A DNA stretch of 37,432 nt from Octopus bimaculoides (GCF_001194135.2 NC_069000.1:38869065-38906496); one strand, 5' to 3'. Shown: positions 1 to 12,683, numbered from the stretch's first letter. Program-made: numbers and translations. The notes: generated by a model from the letters alone, not told the origin.

Positions 1-865
1 TATTTATAGATATGTATGTATATGCATGTGTGTACGTACGCGTGTTTGTACTTGTGTGTAGGGGGCGTGTATAGATTTTCGTGAAAGAATTAAGAATTTC
101 ACTAATTCAAAGTGTTTGAATGCACTAGAAGGTACAGCTAAAATTATATTTGAATATTGATTCCCAGGATGACTCATTGTTTTCTAGTAAACGTGCAGAC
201 GCTTATTACGTGTAACACTGTTAGTGCACAGTAATGGCTAAACTAATATACATTGTTTGATATAGAACATTCAAGTCGATATAGATTATTTCATATAGAT
301 TATTCAAATTTTCAAAGTGCCTTTCCTGAACAAATATTATTTTACTACATGTATATGTTGTCAATTGACTTCGAACGTAAGGCATGGAGTCGGCCTGCGG
401 TTGAGACGGCATGTCACATCTGCAAAACACATCTGATTGATGAATTAACCGAATGATTAATCAAACAATCCATTCGTTAGTCAACTAAATAGTTAAATAA
501 TTAAGGAATAATAAAAAGTGAAACTGCACCAGTGCGTGTGTTTTTATTCGTGGTGGAAAACCCTATGGGTGGTGTAGAAAATATGTTGTCAAAGGACATG
601 GAAAGCAGTAACATTTAAGCCATATTTAAAAGATAAGTAATTAGTCAGTTTAAAACAGAACCTTTGCTGAAATAAAAACCATGAAAATGATTCTAAGGCT
701 TGGTTTTCACAAGGTTCATATGGATTATATAATTCTAAAATGTTCATATTAGTAGAAAAATCATTTCCGAGAAGCATCTCCACGTTTGAAATAAAATCCT
801 TTGGGAGGTTGTTAGCAATATTATACCGTGTTACTAGACGGAGACCTGGCAAAATAGCTATCATT

Positions 866-1050
866 CCGGGCTAAATGCATAGCTGCATTTCGTCCGTTTT
901 TACCTTCTTATTACAAATTCGGCCGAGGTCCACATTGCTTTTTATTATTCAGGGGCCGATAAAATAAGTAGCAGTTGAACATTGGAGTCGATGTAATCGA
1001 TTTACGCCTTCCCCAAAATTGCTAAACTTGTACCAAAATTTGAAAGCAAT
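866..1050 (+). mobile_element. tRNA-derived CORE-like SINE (family A), 5'-truncated
   Basis: Matches the reverse complement of the copies at 1665-1868, 33880-34040 and 37095-37304: ggccgaggtc...gataaaataagtagcagttgaacattggagtcgatgtaatcga. Confidence 0.75.
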
Positions 1051-1664
1051 ATCATATCAATTTACGTTTGAAAGAGAAGTATTAGGCATTTTAAAATAGA
1101 ACTTTTACTGAAATTAAAGATCATCAGTTATTAAAATTATTTTTGAGACGAAATTTTCACGACGTTGATAGAGAGGATGAAAGAAAGAATGCTGAATTAG
1201 CAGGAAGAAAATACAGAGAAATCTCCAAAGCACTTCGAAAACAAATAATGTTTCATTATGTTTAAAGGAAAGCACTTTGAGACGTGTTGGGAATAAGATG
1301 TGATTAGATCTAGAAGTAGTAAAAGATACATTTAAAAGAAAAATATTTGCCACTTAAAATAGAATCTTTAATGAAGTTACATTTGAAAACTTAAATCTTC
1401 TTTTAAATCAATGCTGGTTTTCCTAATTAAATCATAGCGTTAATTAAGGGTGTTGAAGCAAATATCAAACCTAATGGTTATTTTTGAAAGAAATTTATAT
1501 TATGTTCTTCTAAATGTCTCCTAATATTACTGAAGACCAACGTTAAAATGCGTAACTAGTACAGGAATTAATACTTGGAATCATGGCATGTACTCGGTGT
1601 AAGCGTTTGTATGTGTGCATGTGTGAGCGTCGTATATCTATGTATATACATGAGATTTTTCATT

Positions 1665-1868
1665 TCTACTTTGGGTACAAGGGTCGAAATGTTTGAGGAG
1701 GAGGCCAGTCGATTAGAGCGTGGCCAGTACGAAACTGGTACTTAATTTATCGACCCCAAAAGGATAAACGGTAAAGTCGATCTCGGCGGAATATGAACTG
1801 AGCACGAAGACAGGCGAAATATCGCTAAGCATTTCGCCCGGCGAGCTAATGCTTCTGCTATCTCACCT
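1665..1868 (-). mobile_element. tRNA-derived CORE-like SINE (family A)
   Basis: ggtacttaatttatcgaccccaaaaggataaacggtaaagtcgatctcggcggaatatgaact...gctaagcatttcgcccggcg; on the minus strand it has A-box/B-box-like motifs and a CORE-like block. Confidence 0.85.
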
Positions 1869-1894
1869 TATATTTACATATATATATATATATA

Positions 1895-2766
1895 NNNNNN
1901 NNNNNNNNNNNNNNNNNNNNNNNNNNNNNNNNNNNNNNNNNNNNNNNNNNNNNNNNNNNNNNNNNNNNNNNNNNNNNNNNNNNNNNNNNNNNNNNNNNNN
2001 NNNNNNNNNNNNNNNNNNNNNNNNNNNNNNNNNNNNNNNNNNNNNNNNNNNNNNNNNNNNNNNNNNNNNNNNNNNNNNNNNNNNNNNNNNNNNNNNNNNN
2101 NNNNNNNNNNNNNNNNNNNNNNNNNNNNNNNNNNNNNNNNNNNNNNNNNNNNNNNNNNNNNNNNNNNNNNNNNNNNNNNNNNNNNNNNNNNNNNNNNNNN
2201 NNNNNNNNNNNNNNNNNNNNNNNNNNNNNNNNNNNNNNNNNNNNNNNNNNNNNNNNNNNNNNNNNNNNNNNNNNNNNNNNNNNNNNNNNNNNNNNNNNNN
2301 NNNNNNNNNNNNNNNNNNNNNNNNNNNNNNNNNNNNNNNNNNNNNNNNNNNNNNNNNNNNNNNNNNNNNNNNNNNNNNNNNNNNNNNNNNNNNNNNNNNN
2401 NNNNNNNNNNNNNNNNNNNNNNNNNNNNNNNNNNNNNNNNNNNNNNNNNNNNNNNNNNNNNNNNNNNNNNNNNNNNNNNNNNNNNNNNNNNNNNNNNNNN
2501 NNNNNNNNNNNNNNNNNNNNNNNNNNNNNNNNNNNNNNNNNNNNNNNNNNNNNNNNNNNNNNNNNNNNNNNNNNNNNNNNNNNNNNNNNNNNNNNNNNNN
2601 NNNNNNNNNNNNNNNNNNNNNNNNNNNNNNNNNNNNNNNNNNNNNNNNNNNNNNNNNNNNNNNNNNNNNNNNNNNNNNNNNNNNNNNNNNNNNNNNNNNN
2701 NNNNNNNNNNNNNNNNNNNNNNNNNNNNNNNNNNNNNNNNNNNNNNNNNNNNNNNNNNNNNNNNNN
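1895..2766. other. assembly gap (N run) flanked by (TA)n; other gaps at 6870-7069, 10290-10778, 13502-13863, 18162-18289, 25575-25778, 28229-28365, 29305-29595, 32502-33361
   Basis: Seen directly. Most gaps abut TA, TG or poly-A/T repeats. Confidence 0.99.
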
Positions 2767-3259
2767 ATATATATATATATATATACATGAGAATTTTAAA
2801 AGGATAATAATAAAGTACTACTGTTAAAACAAATACGTAGAATATTATGTTGCTGCAATACTATAACAAAACAAAACGAAAGTCTATTTAATTTTCTTAT
2901 ATATTTTTTTTGTACGCGATATATCGCCAATTAATCAACGTCAAAATAAATATTAAAAAAAATACTTACTAATACCATCACTTATACTATAAACAAAAGA
3001 CAACAAAAAACCTGTTATCAATGTGTCAGTTCTTTAAACTATGTAAAGGTTTTTTTTTCTATTGTATCAAAATAAAACACAGACAATTTATCATATATTA
3101 TTTAAATATTTTCTGAAATTGTTCTAGGCGTAGATAGTTGTACAAACATCGTATACTCGAGGACTAGAAGAACCAAAATTATTAATTTAGTTATAATGAA
3201 TGGACTATTAAATGAATTATATGTAGTGACAGAATGCAATATTATTATGCGTGTTGAAA

Positions 3260-3480
3260 AATGATGGAGCGCTGAAAAGTTCCTAGCTTTAAGGGTATCA
3301 CGAAATGCTTAGCTGGAGGCCCAACCTTCAGAGTCCTTTTACAGGGCTTAAAAACACTGAATGACTGCAGCAATGAGTGTGTGAATCTGAGAGGGGAATA
3401 TGTTGAATAGAGCCACAATTAACTGATCTGCATGCATTTTCTTTTATCTAAAGCCTGGTAATTTTCAGCACTCACTCGTA
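3260..3480 (+). mobile_element. mariner-derived MITE (~220 bp)
   Basis: Imperfect TIRs (atgatggagcgctgaaaagttcctagcttt ... aaagcctggtaattttcagcactcactcgta). The interior encodes LQGLKTLNDCSNECVNLRGEYVE*, like a mariner transposase C-terminus. A second copy lies at 23455. Confidence 0.8.
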
Positions 3481-4725
3481 CAATATTGTGGTGCGTAATA
3501 CATATAGTATATTACACTTATTGTTGTATTTAACAAAAATCGCAGTAGAAACAATGTAGTGTTTCTCAATCAAAATTTATAGAATACTAAAATAAAGCAT
3601 ATTTTAGGTATGATTATAACCAGAGTTACAATGCCCGAGTTTCACATGCCACTTGGTATTTTCACAATATCATAAGTACTTCTTTAGGTGAATATATATG
3701 CTGTTGCAGTATTAACAAATTGCTAAAGCGCTTCACATTTGACCATTGTACAGAAATATCTGACATTTTCCTTTACATGCCTTCCCGTATATCTTGTGAC
3801 TTCAGGGCCACAGTTTTTCTCTACTCTTTACAGTTTTTGTTCCAAGTGTCCCACTTCTGACTTTGCAGGAACTGGAATATTCTTGCATCTCATCAACGTG
3901 CGTCTAAGTTCACGATGTTTTTTTCTCTTTGAAGATGAATGTGTTATTCTCAAGGATAAATGAGACAACATCTAATATTAAGTCTATATTGAATTTATTG
4001 GGAATGACTTCTCTATGATTTCAGGTCTAATAATTAATTGCCATTATTCATAAATCGCGTAAAAGAATTATGTAAAATATTATTACTTTAAAGCTGAAGA
4101 ACAACCAATTTGGTTCAGTTCTTGTGGGAAGATGAGGCAAGAAATCCTCTTGGATAAAACGCCGCCTGTGGGTTCATAGGGGATTTAAAATGAAGGCAAT
4201 AAAATAGCTTAGATGTTGGGTAGGACATGCAAGAATGTCTATGGCTGGTGTAAATTTTAGGGGTTTTTTTTTTGGCGGGGGTGGGTAACAATTTTATGCA
4301 TTCAAGCCTTGTTCCGTTACCGCATATCGTATTTCCTTCGAATTATGTTTTGATGAAAGTTGATAGGCTTTCATTTAAATTTGGTAATACACTGACTATT
4401 TGTGACTGAGTTATGAGTATTGAAAATTAGTTTATTAAGCTACGTCAGAATTCAGGGATATATTTGTAGGTAAAAGTGTTACATCCTTCAAATGATCTGA
4501 CGCTTATCCCGTTATTTTTTGCCTTAATTTATGAAGACAGCAAATGAAAACAACCATGTTTGCTTGCCTGATGACTAGCGTATCATCCGTTTGGAGAAGT
4601 TTAAATGAAGACTTCGCTTATTTGGTAATATTTGGCTTTACATAGTGTTTTACGCAAGTGGTAATTATTCAAATCAGCTTCTTTAGCTATCTCAAGCTTG
4701 GCTCTGTGGTAAGAAGTTTGCTTCG

Positions 4726-4734
4726 GCGCATGCG
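4726..4734. promoter_or_regulatory. NRF1-like GCGCATGCG motif in a CpG-containing segment (candidate promoter)
   Basis: Motif seen about 65 bp upstream of the ATG at 4797, at the start of a locally GC-rich segment. Function is inferred only. Confidence 0.3.
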
Positions 4735-4796
4735 TCGGATTATTTGCTGTCTGGATTTTGTAAGAGTCGGATGTAGTTTTTTGTGTTGCTTAGAAG

Positions 4797-4994
4797 ATGT
4801 ACTCAGGCCTTGACGGGTCTGAGTTGTCGTCGGCGGAGGAGGAGCAGGTAAGGGCGGTCATAAAGATAGACGGAGTGTTGAAGACAAGGCGTTTTGCTGA
4901 AGCCACAGAGGTGAAGCGAAGGGAGCTGGAATTGGCTGGTCTGAAGGAGTATGGGAAGATGGCTCATATGCCTTTTAACACTATACGTCTATAA
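4797..4994 (+). CDS. candidate first coding exon or 65-aa ORF of an unidentified gene (MYSGLDGSELSSAEEEQ...)
   Basis: About 50% GC (100/198 by hand count) in an AT-rich background. Context agaagATGt; near-consensus donor CAG|GTAAGG at 4847/4848; no TE motif recognised. Confidence 0.4.
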   Translation: MYSGLDGSELSSAEEEQVRAVIKIDGVLKTRRFAEATEVKRRELELAGLKEYGKMAHMPFNTIRL

Positions 4995-5499
4995 GAAATG
5001 CTGTCCCGAGACGAATACTGCAAACTTTCAACGGTGTATCTGCTGTTACTCTGAAACACAGTTTGCTACACTATAGAATATTCTTCTAAGCAAAATGACG
5101 TGTATATTACATTTAAACATTTCTAAATATTGCTAACTCGAAGTATAAGTTAATATATCTTGGAAAAAGAGTGATAGATATATTTATCAAGTATGTTCAT
5201 TACCTCAGATAGAAAATGCCAGTGTAAATTTATGCAATTTATAAATTTATGTAACGTTTGACTCTCCTCTGTGGATTGATTACATATTTTGTGTCATGGC
5301 TTTGTGATGCATGCTATAAAGAAGTAATTAATCAAAGTATTCAAAGATCGCTGTAAGTAGAAGCTTAAGCAAAGTTAATTTCTTAGATATAACTCTAGAT
5401 TGAGGTACTGGCAGTTGTTGTCTTCATAATAAAACTTAACGACAAATTAGTGTATATTAATATAGATTCCGAGCGACTATTATTAAGAAAGATGTTAAT

Positions 5500-5710
5500 A
5501 TCATTAACAGGCGTATATTGATCTTGTCCTCTGGAGAGAAAGCTTTTCAGTTATACTTATTAATACAGCGGTATACTAAATGGCATTGGCTTCCAGTCGA
5601 ATTTATCAAATATAGAACGTCTAACATATTTAGAATGTCTCCGAAACGTAGGCATAAGTGAAGAAATGTATGGCATAATAATCTTTATTGTTTACAAGTC
5701 GTTACAGCAT
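5500..5710 (+). mobile_element. highly decayed CR1-like LINE 3' coding remnant
   Basis: IQRYTK...NLSNIERLTYLE...KRR...IVYK across frames resembles the CR1 C-terminal VQRRATK...LSYEERL..L...RR.RGDLI..YK. Confidence 0.3.
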
Positions 5711-8700
5711 TGCTAGAATTTTCCTACAACATATAAATACGAATTTACATAGACTAATTTAAGAATTTGAATCAGATACAGGCAACCATGTTTTATTCTA
5801 CTGCATAAGATAAAGACAAGTGTAATATTTTCATATTGTTAACATCGAGTTTCGAATTTAATCAAATATAAGTTCTGGATTGCTTATAGAACAACGGGGT
5901 AAAATAAAGTGGAAACGCTCTTTGAAAGGTTTAAGTATCACATGAACTCGACTATACAAGTTTTTTCTTCTCTGTAAGTTTTGAAAACTATAAATGCATG
6001 CTGTATGCCTAACAATTTAATAACGAGTAAACCTGCCTCGTTTGCTGCTACTCAGGTGTCTGTTTAGGCGATTAAATTAAACAACCTTGGCAGGCTTGCT
6101 AATAACTGATACACTGCCATTAGCACTTATGCTGAGAGAGGGTGGAAAAGTGAACATTGGTCATAACAAATATTGTAGAGGAGCTATTAATGGATTGCTT
6201 TTTCCCCTGTAGACAAGAGCAATTCTCTCAGTAGAGTTACATGTAAGGTTCCAGGATTCAATTTCTTACGATAAAGAGCATGATCTAGCAAAAATTTGGA
6301 CTGAAAGTTGCATCTATAACTATTCAGTGTGAAATTCTTAAAATTAGGAGCGTTGTGGCGCTCATCCTTGATTATGTCTTAAAGAGTACTTTTTAGACCA
6401 ATACAGTTGCATTCCAAAAACGTATTTCCACGCAGGAAAAAAGATATAGGCAAATTTCTTGTTGAAAATGCACCTAAGTTTGAGAAAATTGTAATTGCTT
6501 TTAAATAAATTTATTTACATATATACCAAACTAGTTTCAACAATATTTTTTGTTTATCAATGGTAAAAATTTACCATTATGAATTAGAAAAACATGTTTA
6601 AAAGTTTAAATGTTTACAAGTTTAAATATTCATGAATGAATAATATAAAAGATGTCGATCTTCTTGTTTAAATTCACAAAATTGAATAATGTTAATAGAA
6701 ATGTATATCATCAAAGGTTCAGTCATACTGAGTTAAGGGGGAGAAAAACAAGGGAGAAATGAAAGTAGTAAACAAAGGGGGTTTGGTTTACAGTTTCTGT
6801 GATTCTCTTTCCGTCGTGTGCAGGGTCTTCCGCTTGTAATCGCAATTTTTTGAATCCGGAGTGTTTATANNNNNNNNNNNNNNNNNNNNNNNNNNNNNNN
6901 NNNNNNNNNNNNNNNNNNNNNNNNNNNNNNNNNNNNNNNNNNNNNNNNNNNNNNNNNNNNNNNNNNNNNNNNNNNNNNNNNNNNNNNNNNNNNNNNNNNN
7001 NNNNNNNNNNNNNNNNNNNNNNNNNNNNNNNNNNNNNNNNNNNNNNNNNNNNNNNNNNNNNNNNNNNNNTAGTCTGTCGTTCTGTGTGGTTGGCTTCCCT
7101 GTGAGGAATGGCCATCAGCCGTTCCAGTTGGCTGATTCACTTAAAGGGTCATTTTGTTGTATTTGGTGAAGTTTTGTTTTGATCGCAGGTAAAATTTTAT
7201 TGTTCTAGAATTAGGTGACGTCAGCAACTGTTGTTCCTATAGTGTCATTGTATGGTAGTTTGGAGTTGTGGTTTCGAGACCCGCGTGGACGAGTGTTACT
7301 AATTTAAAAAAAAAAATTGTCTGTTGTATCTGGTTGTTTTTTTTTGGGGGGGGGGAGACATTGAGACTTTTTTCCTTTTTCTCTTTAGTGTTTTTCTTCT
7401 TTGTAATGGATATTCAGCTGAAGTTTATATGTTTTAATGAATATGCTTTCTTTATTTAGACGGAATTAGATTGAAGTATTTCCGGTCCATTGATAGAGAG
7501 GTAAGATTTGGTATTTCGAATTTATATTTGAGGGGCATTGGTCTACATACTCTCTCTCTCTCACATACACACAAACACACTCACACACATATGCATGTAT
7601 GTGTGTGTGTTTTATCATTTATGTGAATCACAACACACAAGCTGGAACTGCGCAAGCCGATATTATCACTTAAACCAAAATATCATCTAAGCTTGTCTTA
7701 ACAATGTTGTCTATGTTAGGTAGTCTAAAAATAGTAATCGTCTTCCCTATAATGTATCGTTGGTTATTTAGAAGAAATGCGTCAGAGCATATTGGACAGC
7801 TCCTAGTACAAAATAAAGGGAAAATTTCAAGACAAAATTTTTCCACGTTATGCCAAATAAAAAACTACAAAATCTTCAGAGATTTTTGCAATATCAAAAG
7901 GAACTGTACACATTTCGTATTTAACGCCACGCCAATTTCGGTGCTTTTAGAGGAGATGTCTTCCTTGCAAGCGTTAAACACGCATACCGACTTCACACTC
8001 CACTAAATGTTTGGAAAGCAAACAGGCGCGCACATAAGTATTTCATCACTTATACTGCATGTATGTGCGAGTCACTTTACAAAAAAGTGAATTTGGGGTG
8101 CCTTTAAACTGTAGGGGGGGGGCGGGGCGGAGACACACCTAATTGCCTAATTTTCTTTTAAGTAACGAAACACATTGGGTGTTCTTAAATCCAGCATGTT
8201 TACCAGAAACGTATTCACCGAGGCATGAATGATGAAGCGCTTCACCGGTAATTTCTTCTGTTGTGAATAACAATTATATCTCTCACAAATTATATGATAC
8301 TATCTAGAAGGAAAATAATGTAAAATCTAATCAATGCAGAGATGGATGTGGAAGATGATGCTTGCAAATGTATACTTAATGAAACCTGACATGCAGTTCA
8401 TCAACTACAGTATAGTATAGCTGCCATAGAACGATAATCTGAACCCTAAATCGTACTTAAACGAGTGTCATAAACAACAGATGCCAATCAGTTTTAGAGA
8501 GATTGTAACGTTGTTTAAATAAAAAAGATATAGAGAATATAGATCATAAAAACTAATGAACTCCATAGCTATGTTTGTCTAATCAGTTTTATATAGGTAC
8601 AGTCACTTTTTTCTGCATTTAGTAAAGAATTAGGTAGTGATTTTATCATTTGACATCTATCATATTCAGGGTGTCAAAGTAGATTTGTATCAGGTTTAGA

Positions 8701-9449
8701 ACGCATCAGCTTTTACATGAAAAGTAAGGCTATACGTCCTTAGTTTAGGTTTTCTTCTTTTTGTAAGAAAAAATTCAGATCAGATCTGTAGACACTGGCA
8801 GCTTTTTAAGATAGTCTTTATTCTAAAGTCATATGTAAAATAGGATCTAGCTATTGATAACTAAAAGAAGTAAAGACAAGAGTGTGATTGGAAAAGATAA
8901 ATATTCTATTGACAAAAGTGTTAGAAAGATTTTAAAAATAAACAAATAAAGATAAATATATTAAAAAGACATATTTAGTGACAGGAGTTTATCTCTTAAG
9001 TCACTTTCTAAATCTATTTTCACAAAGGATTTCTTTACAAAAAGTGAATACAGCAAAAATAAAAAGTGTAATTTTCTCCCGAGAATCGTCATATTTCGTG
9101 ACATATGAGCAACTGACAGGTATGGATATTTCATTGCTAAGTAGTGTGTGTCCCGTTTGATTGTTTGTCTTTTAAGTAGCTTTATTAAAACCGAAAGATA
9201 TATTAATTTTAAATTTTAGTCAAAGATCTTGAGTCTCGGCGGAAAGAGTAAATCAATTACATCTACTCTGGTGCTCAGCTAGTACTTATTTCATGGATAT
9301 AATCGACTTAATCTGTTTATCTGTCCTTGTTTGTCCCCTCTGTGTGTAGTAAAGAAATGTGGGCAGTAAAGAAATAAGAAAAAATATGAATGTCCCTTAT
9401 TAGGAATGACTTTAATCAGAAGTCTTCTTTATCAGATCTTAGTAAACGT

Positions 9450-9650
9450 TAAGTAACTAAAATCTGTCATCAGATAGGATAACTACATTGAAGAAGTCCA
9501 ACGAAACACTCATGAAGACTTCACTTATGTGGCTGACTACAGATTTCGCTTCAACTTTGATGATAGGGAATTAAAAGTAAAATAAGTCATCCAGCTATAA
9601 AATCAAATGCCTCGAGGGAAGCCATATCCAGTAATATAAACTAGAAAATG
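9450..9650 (+). mobile_element. highly decayed CR1-like LINE 3' coding remnant
   Basis: DNYIEEVQR...FDDRELK followed, after a frameshift, by KCLEGSHIQ*YK; same motif order as the CR1 IEKVQR...YDDRL...RRLRGDLIQVYK. Confidence 0.35.
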
Positions 9651-9994
9651 AACGTCAGCAGAAACTGCTGATTTCAATTTGATAATTTGAATTTTCTATT
9701 AAAGTGAGAAATTATTACGTATTGAATATTTTCCAAAAGATTATAATTTAAGATATGAATTTGAATCTTGTTTATTTTATATTTTGTCCAGAGAAATACA
9801 AACAAGTGGAAAGTTCTAATTGGCAAAACATATCAATGACAGTAAAACAGACGTTTCCCTACAGTGTTATCGCCTCAGGGCATTCTTATCACTTCGTTCA
9901 CGTCTTGGTTTAATTAACATTCCGCAACCACTGAGTATATTTCTAGAAATCTATTACAAAATTATTGATTTCAAATTTTTTGCACAATGCCAGC

Positions 9995-10180
9995 AACTTT
10001 AGGGGGTTTTGTGTAAAGCAATAGACCGATCTAAGTATTCAACTGATAGTTATTATATCGACGTCGAACACAAAAAAAGCAAACATCGACCTCGGCGAAA
10101 TTTGAACCCAAAATGTAAATAATCGGAATAATTGCTACTAAGCACTTTGCTTTGCCCTATGTTCTGGCAAATCTACTACT
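9995..10180 (-). mobile_element. family A SINE, diverged
   Basis: catcgacctcggcgaaatttgaacccaaaatgtaaa...ctaagcacttt matches the other family A copies. Confidence 0.7.
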
Positions 10181-10789
10181 TAGTTACCTCAGAATACAAG
10201 AATACTGGAAAGAAGAATTTCTTCGGTATTCAGAAATGGATGTTGAATTTGCAGTCCTGATTCAGTCTTGCATCATTTTTTTTTATAATNNNNNNNNNNN
10301 NNNNNNNNNNNNNNNNNNNNNNNNNNNNNNNNNNNNNNNNNNNNNNNNNNNNNNNNNNNNNNNNNNNNNNNNNNNNNNNNNNNNNNNNNNNNNNNNNNNN
10401 NNNNNNNNNNNNNNNNNNNNNNNNNNNNNNNNNNNNNNNNNNNNNNNNNNNNNNNNNNNNNNNNNNNNNNNNNNNNNNNNNNNNNNNNNNNNNNNNNNNN
10501 NNNNNNNNNNNNNNNNNNNNNNNNNNNNNNNNNNNNNNNNNNNNNNNNNNNNNNNNNNNNNNNNNNNNNNNNNNNNNNNNNNNNNNNNNNNNNNNNNNNN
10601 NNNNNNNNNNNNNNNNNNNNNNNNNNNNNNNNNNNNNNNNNNNNNNNNNNNNNNNNNNNNNNNNNNNNNNNNNNNNNNNNNNNNNNNNNNNNNNNNNNNN
10701 NNNNNNNNNNNNNNNNNNNNNNNNNNNNNNNNNNNNNNNNNNNNNNNNNNNNNNNNNNNNNNNNNNNNNNNNNNNNNNATATATATGGG

Positions 10790-11000
10790 AATGTGGGTTC
10801 GACTTCCACGTGGACAGAAAAGCCTTCTTTCGTCGTTCTGTCAAACAATTAGCCACTTTTGCTAACTGAGTGGACGGGAGAAAAGTGAACTGAAGTGATT
10901 TGCTCAAGAAGAGGGCGCATTATGCAGTTTAGTAATCGAAACCACAATCTTACGATCATGAGTTCAGCACCCTAACCACTAAGCCACACACCTCCACACC
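10790..11000 (-). mobile_element. tRNA-derived SINE (family D; head shared with family C)
   Basis: Reverse complement reads ggtgtggaggtgtgtggcttagtggttagggtgctgaactcatgatcgtaagattgtggtttcgatt, with A-box and B-box-like motifs, followed by a body unlike that at 15008. Confidence 0.7.
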
Positions 11001-11799
11001 GCATCACTACTTTGTTCTAAACAAAACAAACAGATCGACCGGTGGGCGATGCTATTATGGAATCAGACAAATACGATTTCAATTTTGTCAGTAATAGAAT
11101 CTTCTGAATTATGATTTCAAAATTTATAGGTTTTGTAATAGTTTTATCATTAATTTCTGTAAAAAAAAAATAAATGTGACTTTCACAATTAGCATGCAAG
11201 ACTGATAGGTATAGAAAATTCGAATGAAATCGGATAGTGCGGACGAAACTGCAAAGACGCGCGTTATAAAATACTTTACTGTGAAACAGGTTTTAAAACA
11301 ATGTTACTCACTTTTGGAAATTTTAAGTACTGTTACATCAGGCAAAGTATTTGGTTTCCATCTTGAGATAAATATGTGTAATATTGAATTACAAATCCGT
11401 CATGAACGATAGAAGCAATAACATTAGAAAAGTAATAATTTCTATCGAAATTCCCCACAGGAAATTATCTTCAGAGACACTGATGTCTAAAATATGAAAC
11501 CTGTCCATTTATTAGAAATAATTTTCAATAAATTAGGTATTGAACACAAAAGTAAGTGTTAGGAATGTTTGAAAAGAAGGTAACTAAATCTATGTTTTAA
11601 ATAATGAAATATGCATTTACAACTACTGGTATTTCAATTTTTGCTGACATTCATTTTCCATATTAAAATGGCAGTTATGGATTTCACCGTGGCAAATGCA
11701 TTTATAGTTGGATATGTTTTTACAGTTAACCCCTCAGCCACAGATTTCATACGAAATCTATTGTCAACCAAGTACAGGTAGGCACGAGGAATACCAAAT

Positions 11800-12110
11800 G
11801 AGGGTTATACCTGGCAGTGTTATTAAAGCGTTTGGCGAAATTCTTTATGTTGTTATTCATTACGTACTTAACGGTACACTCGACACGGCAGTGCCAACAA
11901 GTCCTATGAGTCCTAGAACGATGGCCTTTCTCATGCACAGCATATATGACGTAGGCAGGGGACGTTTACATGTAGAGACAAGCAAGACTTCCACATATCT
12001 TCCATGTTTGCATATACAGATGTATATAAAGATGTGACAATGAGTCATAGATGTCCCAAGATGAAATCCTAGAGCAACCCAATTCGAATGAAATCCAGTG
12101 AACCACCGTG
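11800..12110 (+). mobile_element. decayed RTE-clade LINE 3' coding remnant
   Basis: One frame gives KRLAKFFM...*VLERW...*AGDVYM*RQARLPHIFH, resembling the RTE KRLNSFHMRCL...EVLER...WAGHVVRM..RLPKQIFY; multiple stops. Confidence 0.5.
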
Positions 12111-12683
12111 AAACCCAGCTTGCAAATTTTAGACATGCAACAAATATTATTTTCTTAGAAACAAATCATTTATTAATACATCATTCTATTCTCTTTTAAT
12201 CTGAAAACAATAATCACAACAATCGATGAAGACTAATGAATTTCAGCGAATAAACACATACATCCATAAACGTTATCTAACATATATAATGTTATATATT
12301 GTTGCTTGTATTAATTTTCATCCAGTGTAGTAAATCATATCTCGCTTATGTTTATGGAAGTTATTTTACTTAAACAAGCTAAAAAAATTAATCAATTTAA
12401 AATGAGTCAAAATTATACAATTTATTTATTGTGTTTCAGTTGTAGAGCAAATATACTTGAACATTATCAGTTTAAAAAAAAGTAGTACTACTAACATTTC
12501 TGCATAAATATACTACTTTAGATTTCTATATATTCCACGTCTCATGCGTGCGTGTGATGGTGTAAACTTAATTAATTGACACATGAACGTTGCAAATTCA
12601 AGCATTTCTCCGTAGATGAGAAAACAAAATTGATGGAGTACCTCAATCGAGTTTCGAAACTTGTTTGTGTTCTCATCAAATAA

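Noticed and set aside
9479-9577. 99-nt phase-0 exon candidate DNYIEEVQRNTHEDF...RELK
   Set aside because: Better explained as a CR1-like remnant, because the expected RGDLIQ.YK-like motif follows after a frameshift.
11726-11777. Apparent kinase-like micro-exon VNPSATDFIRNLLSTKY with AG/GT ends
   Set aside because: Too short, no other kinase exons are present, and it abuts a decayed RTE remnant.
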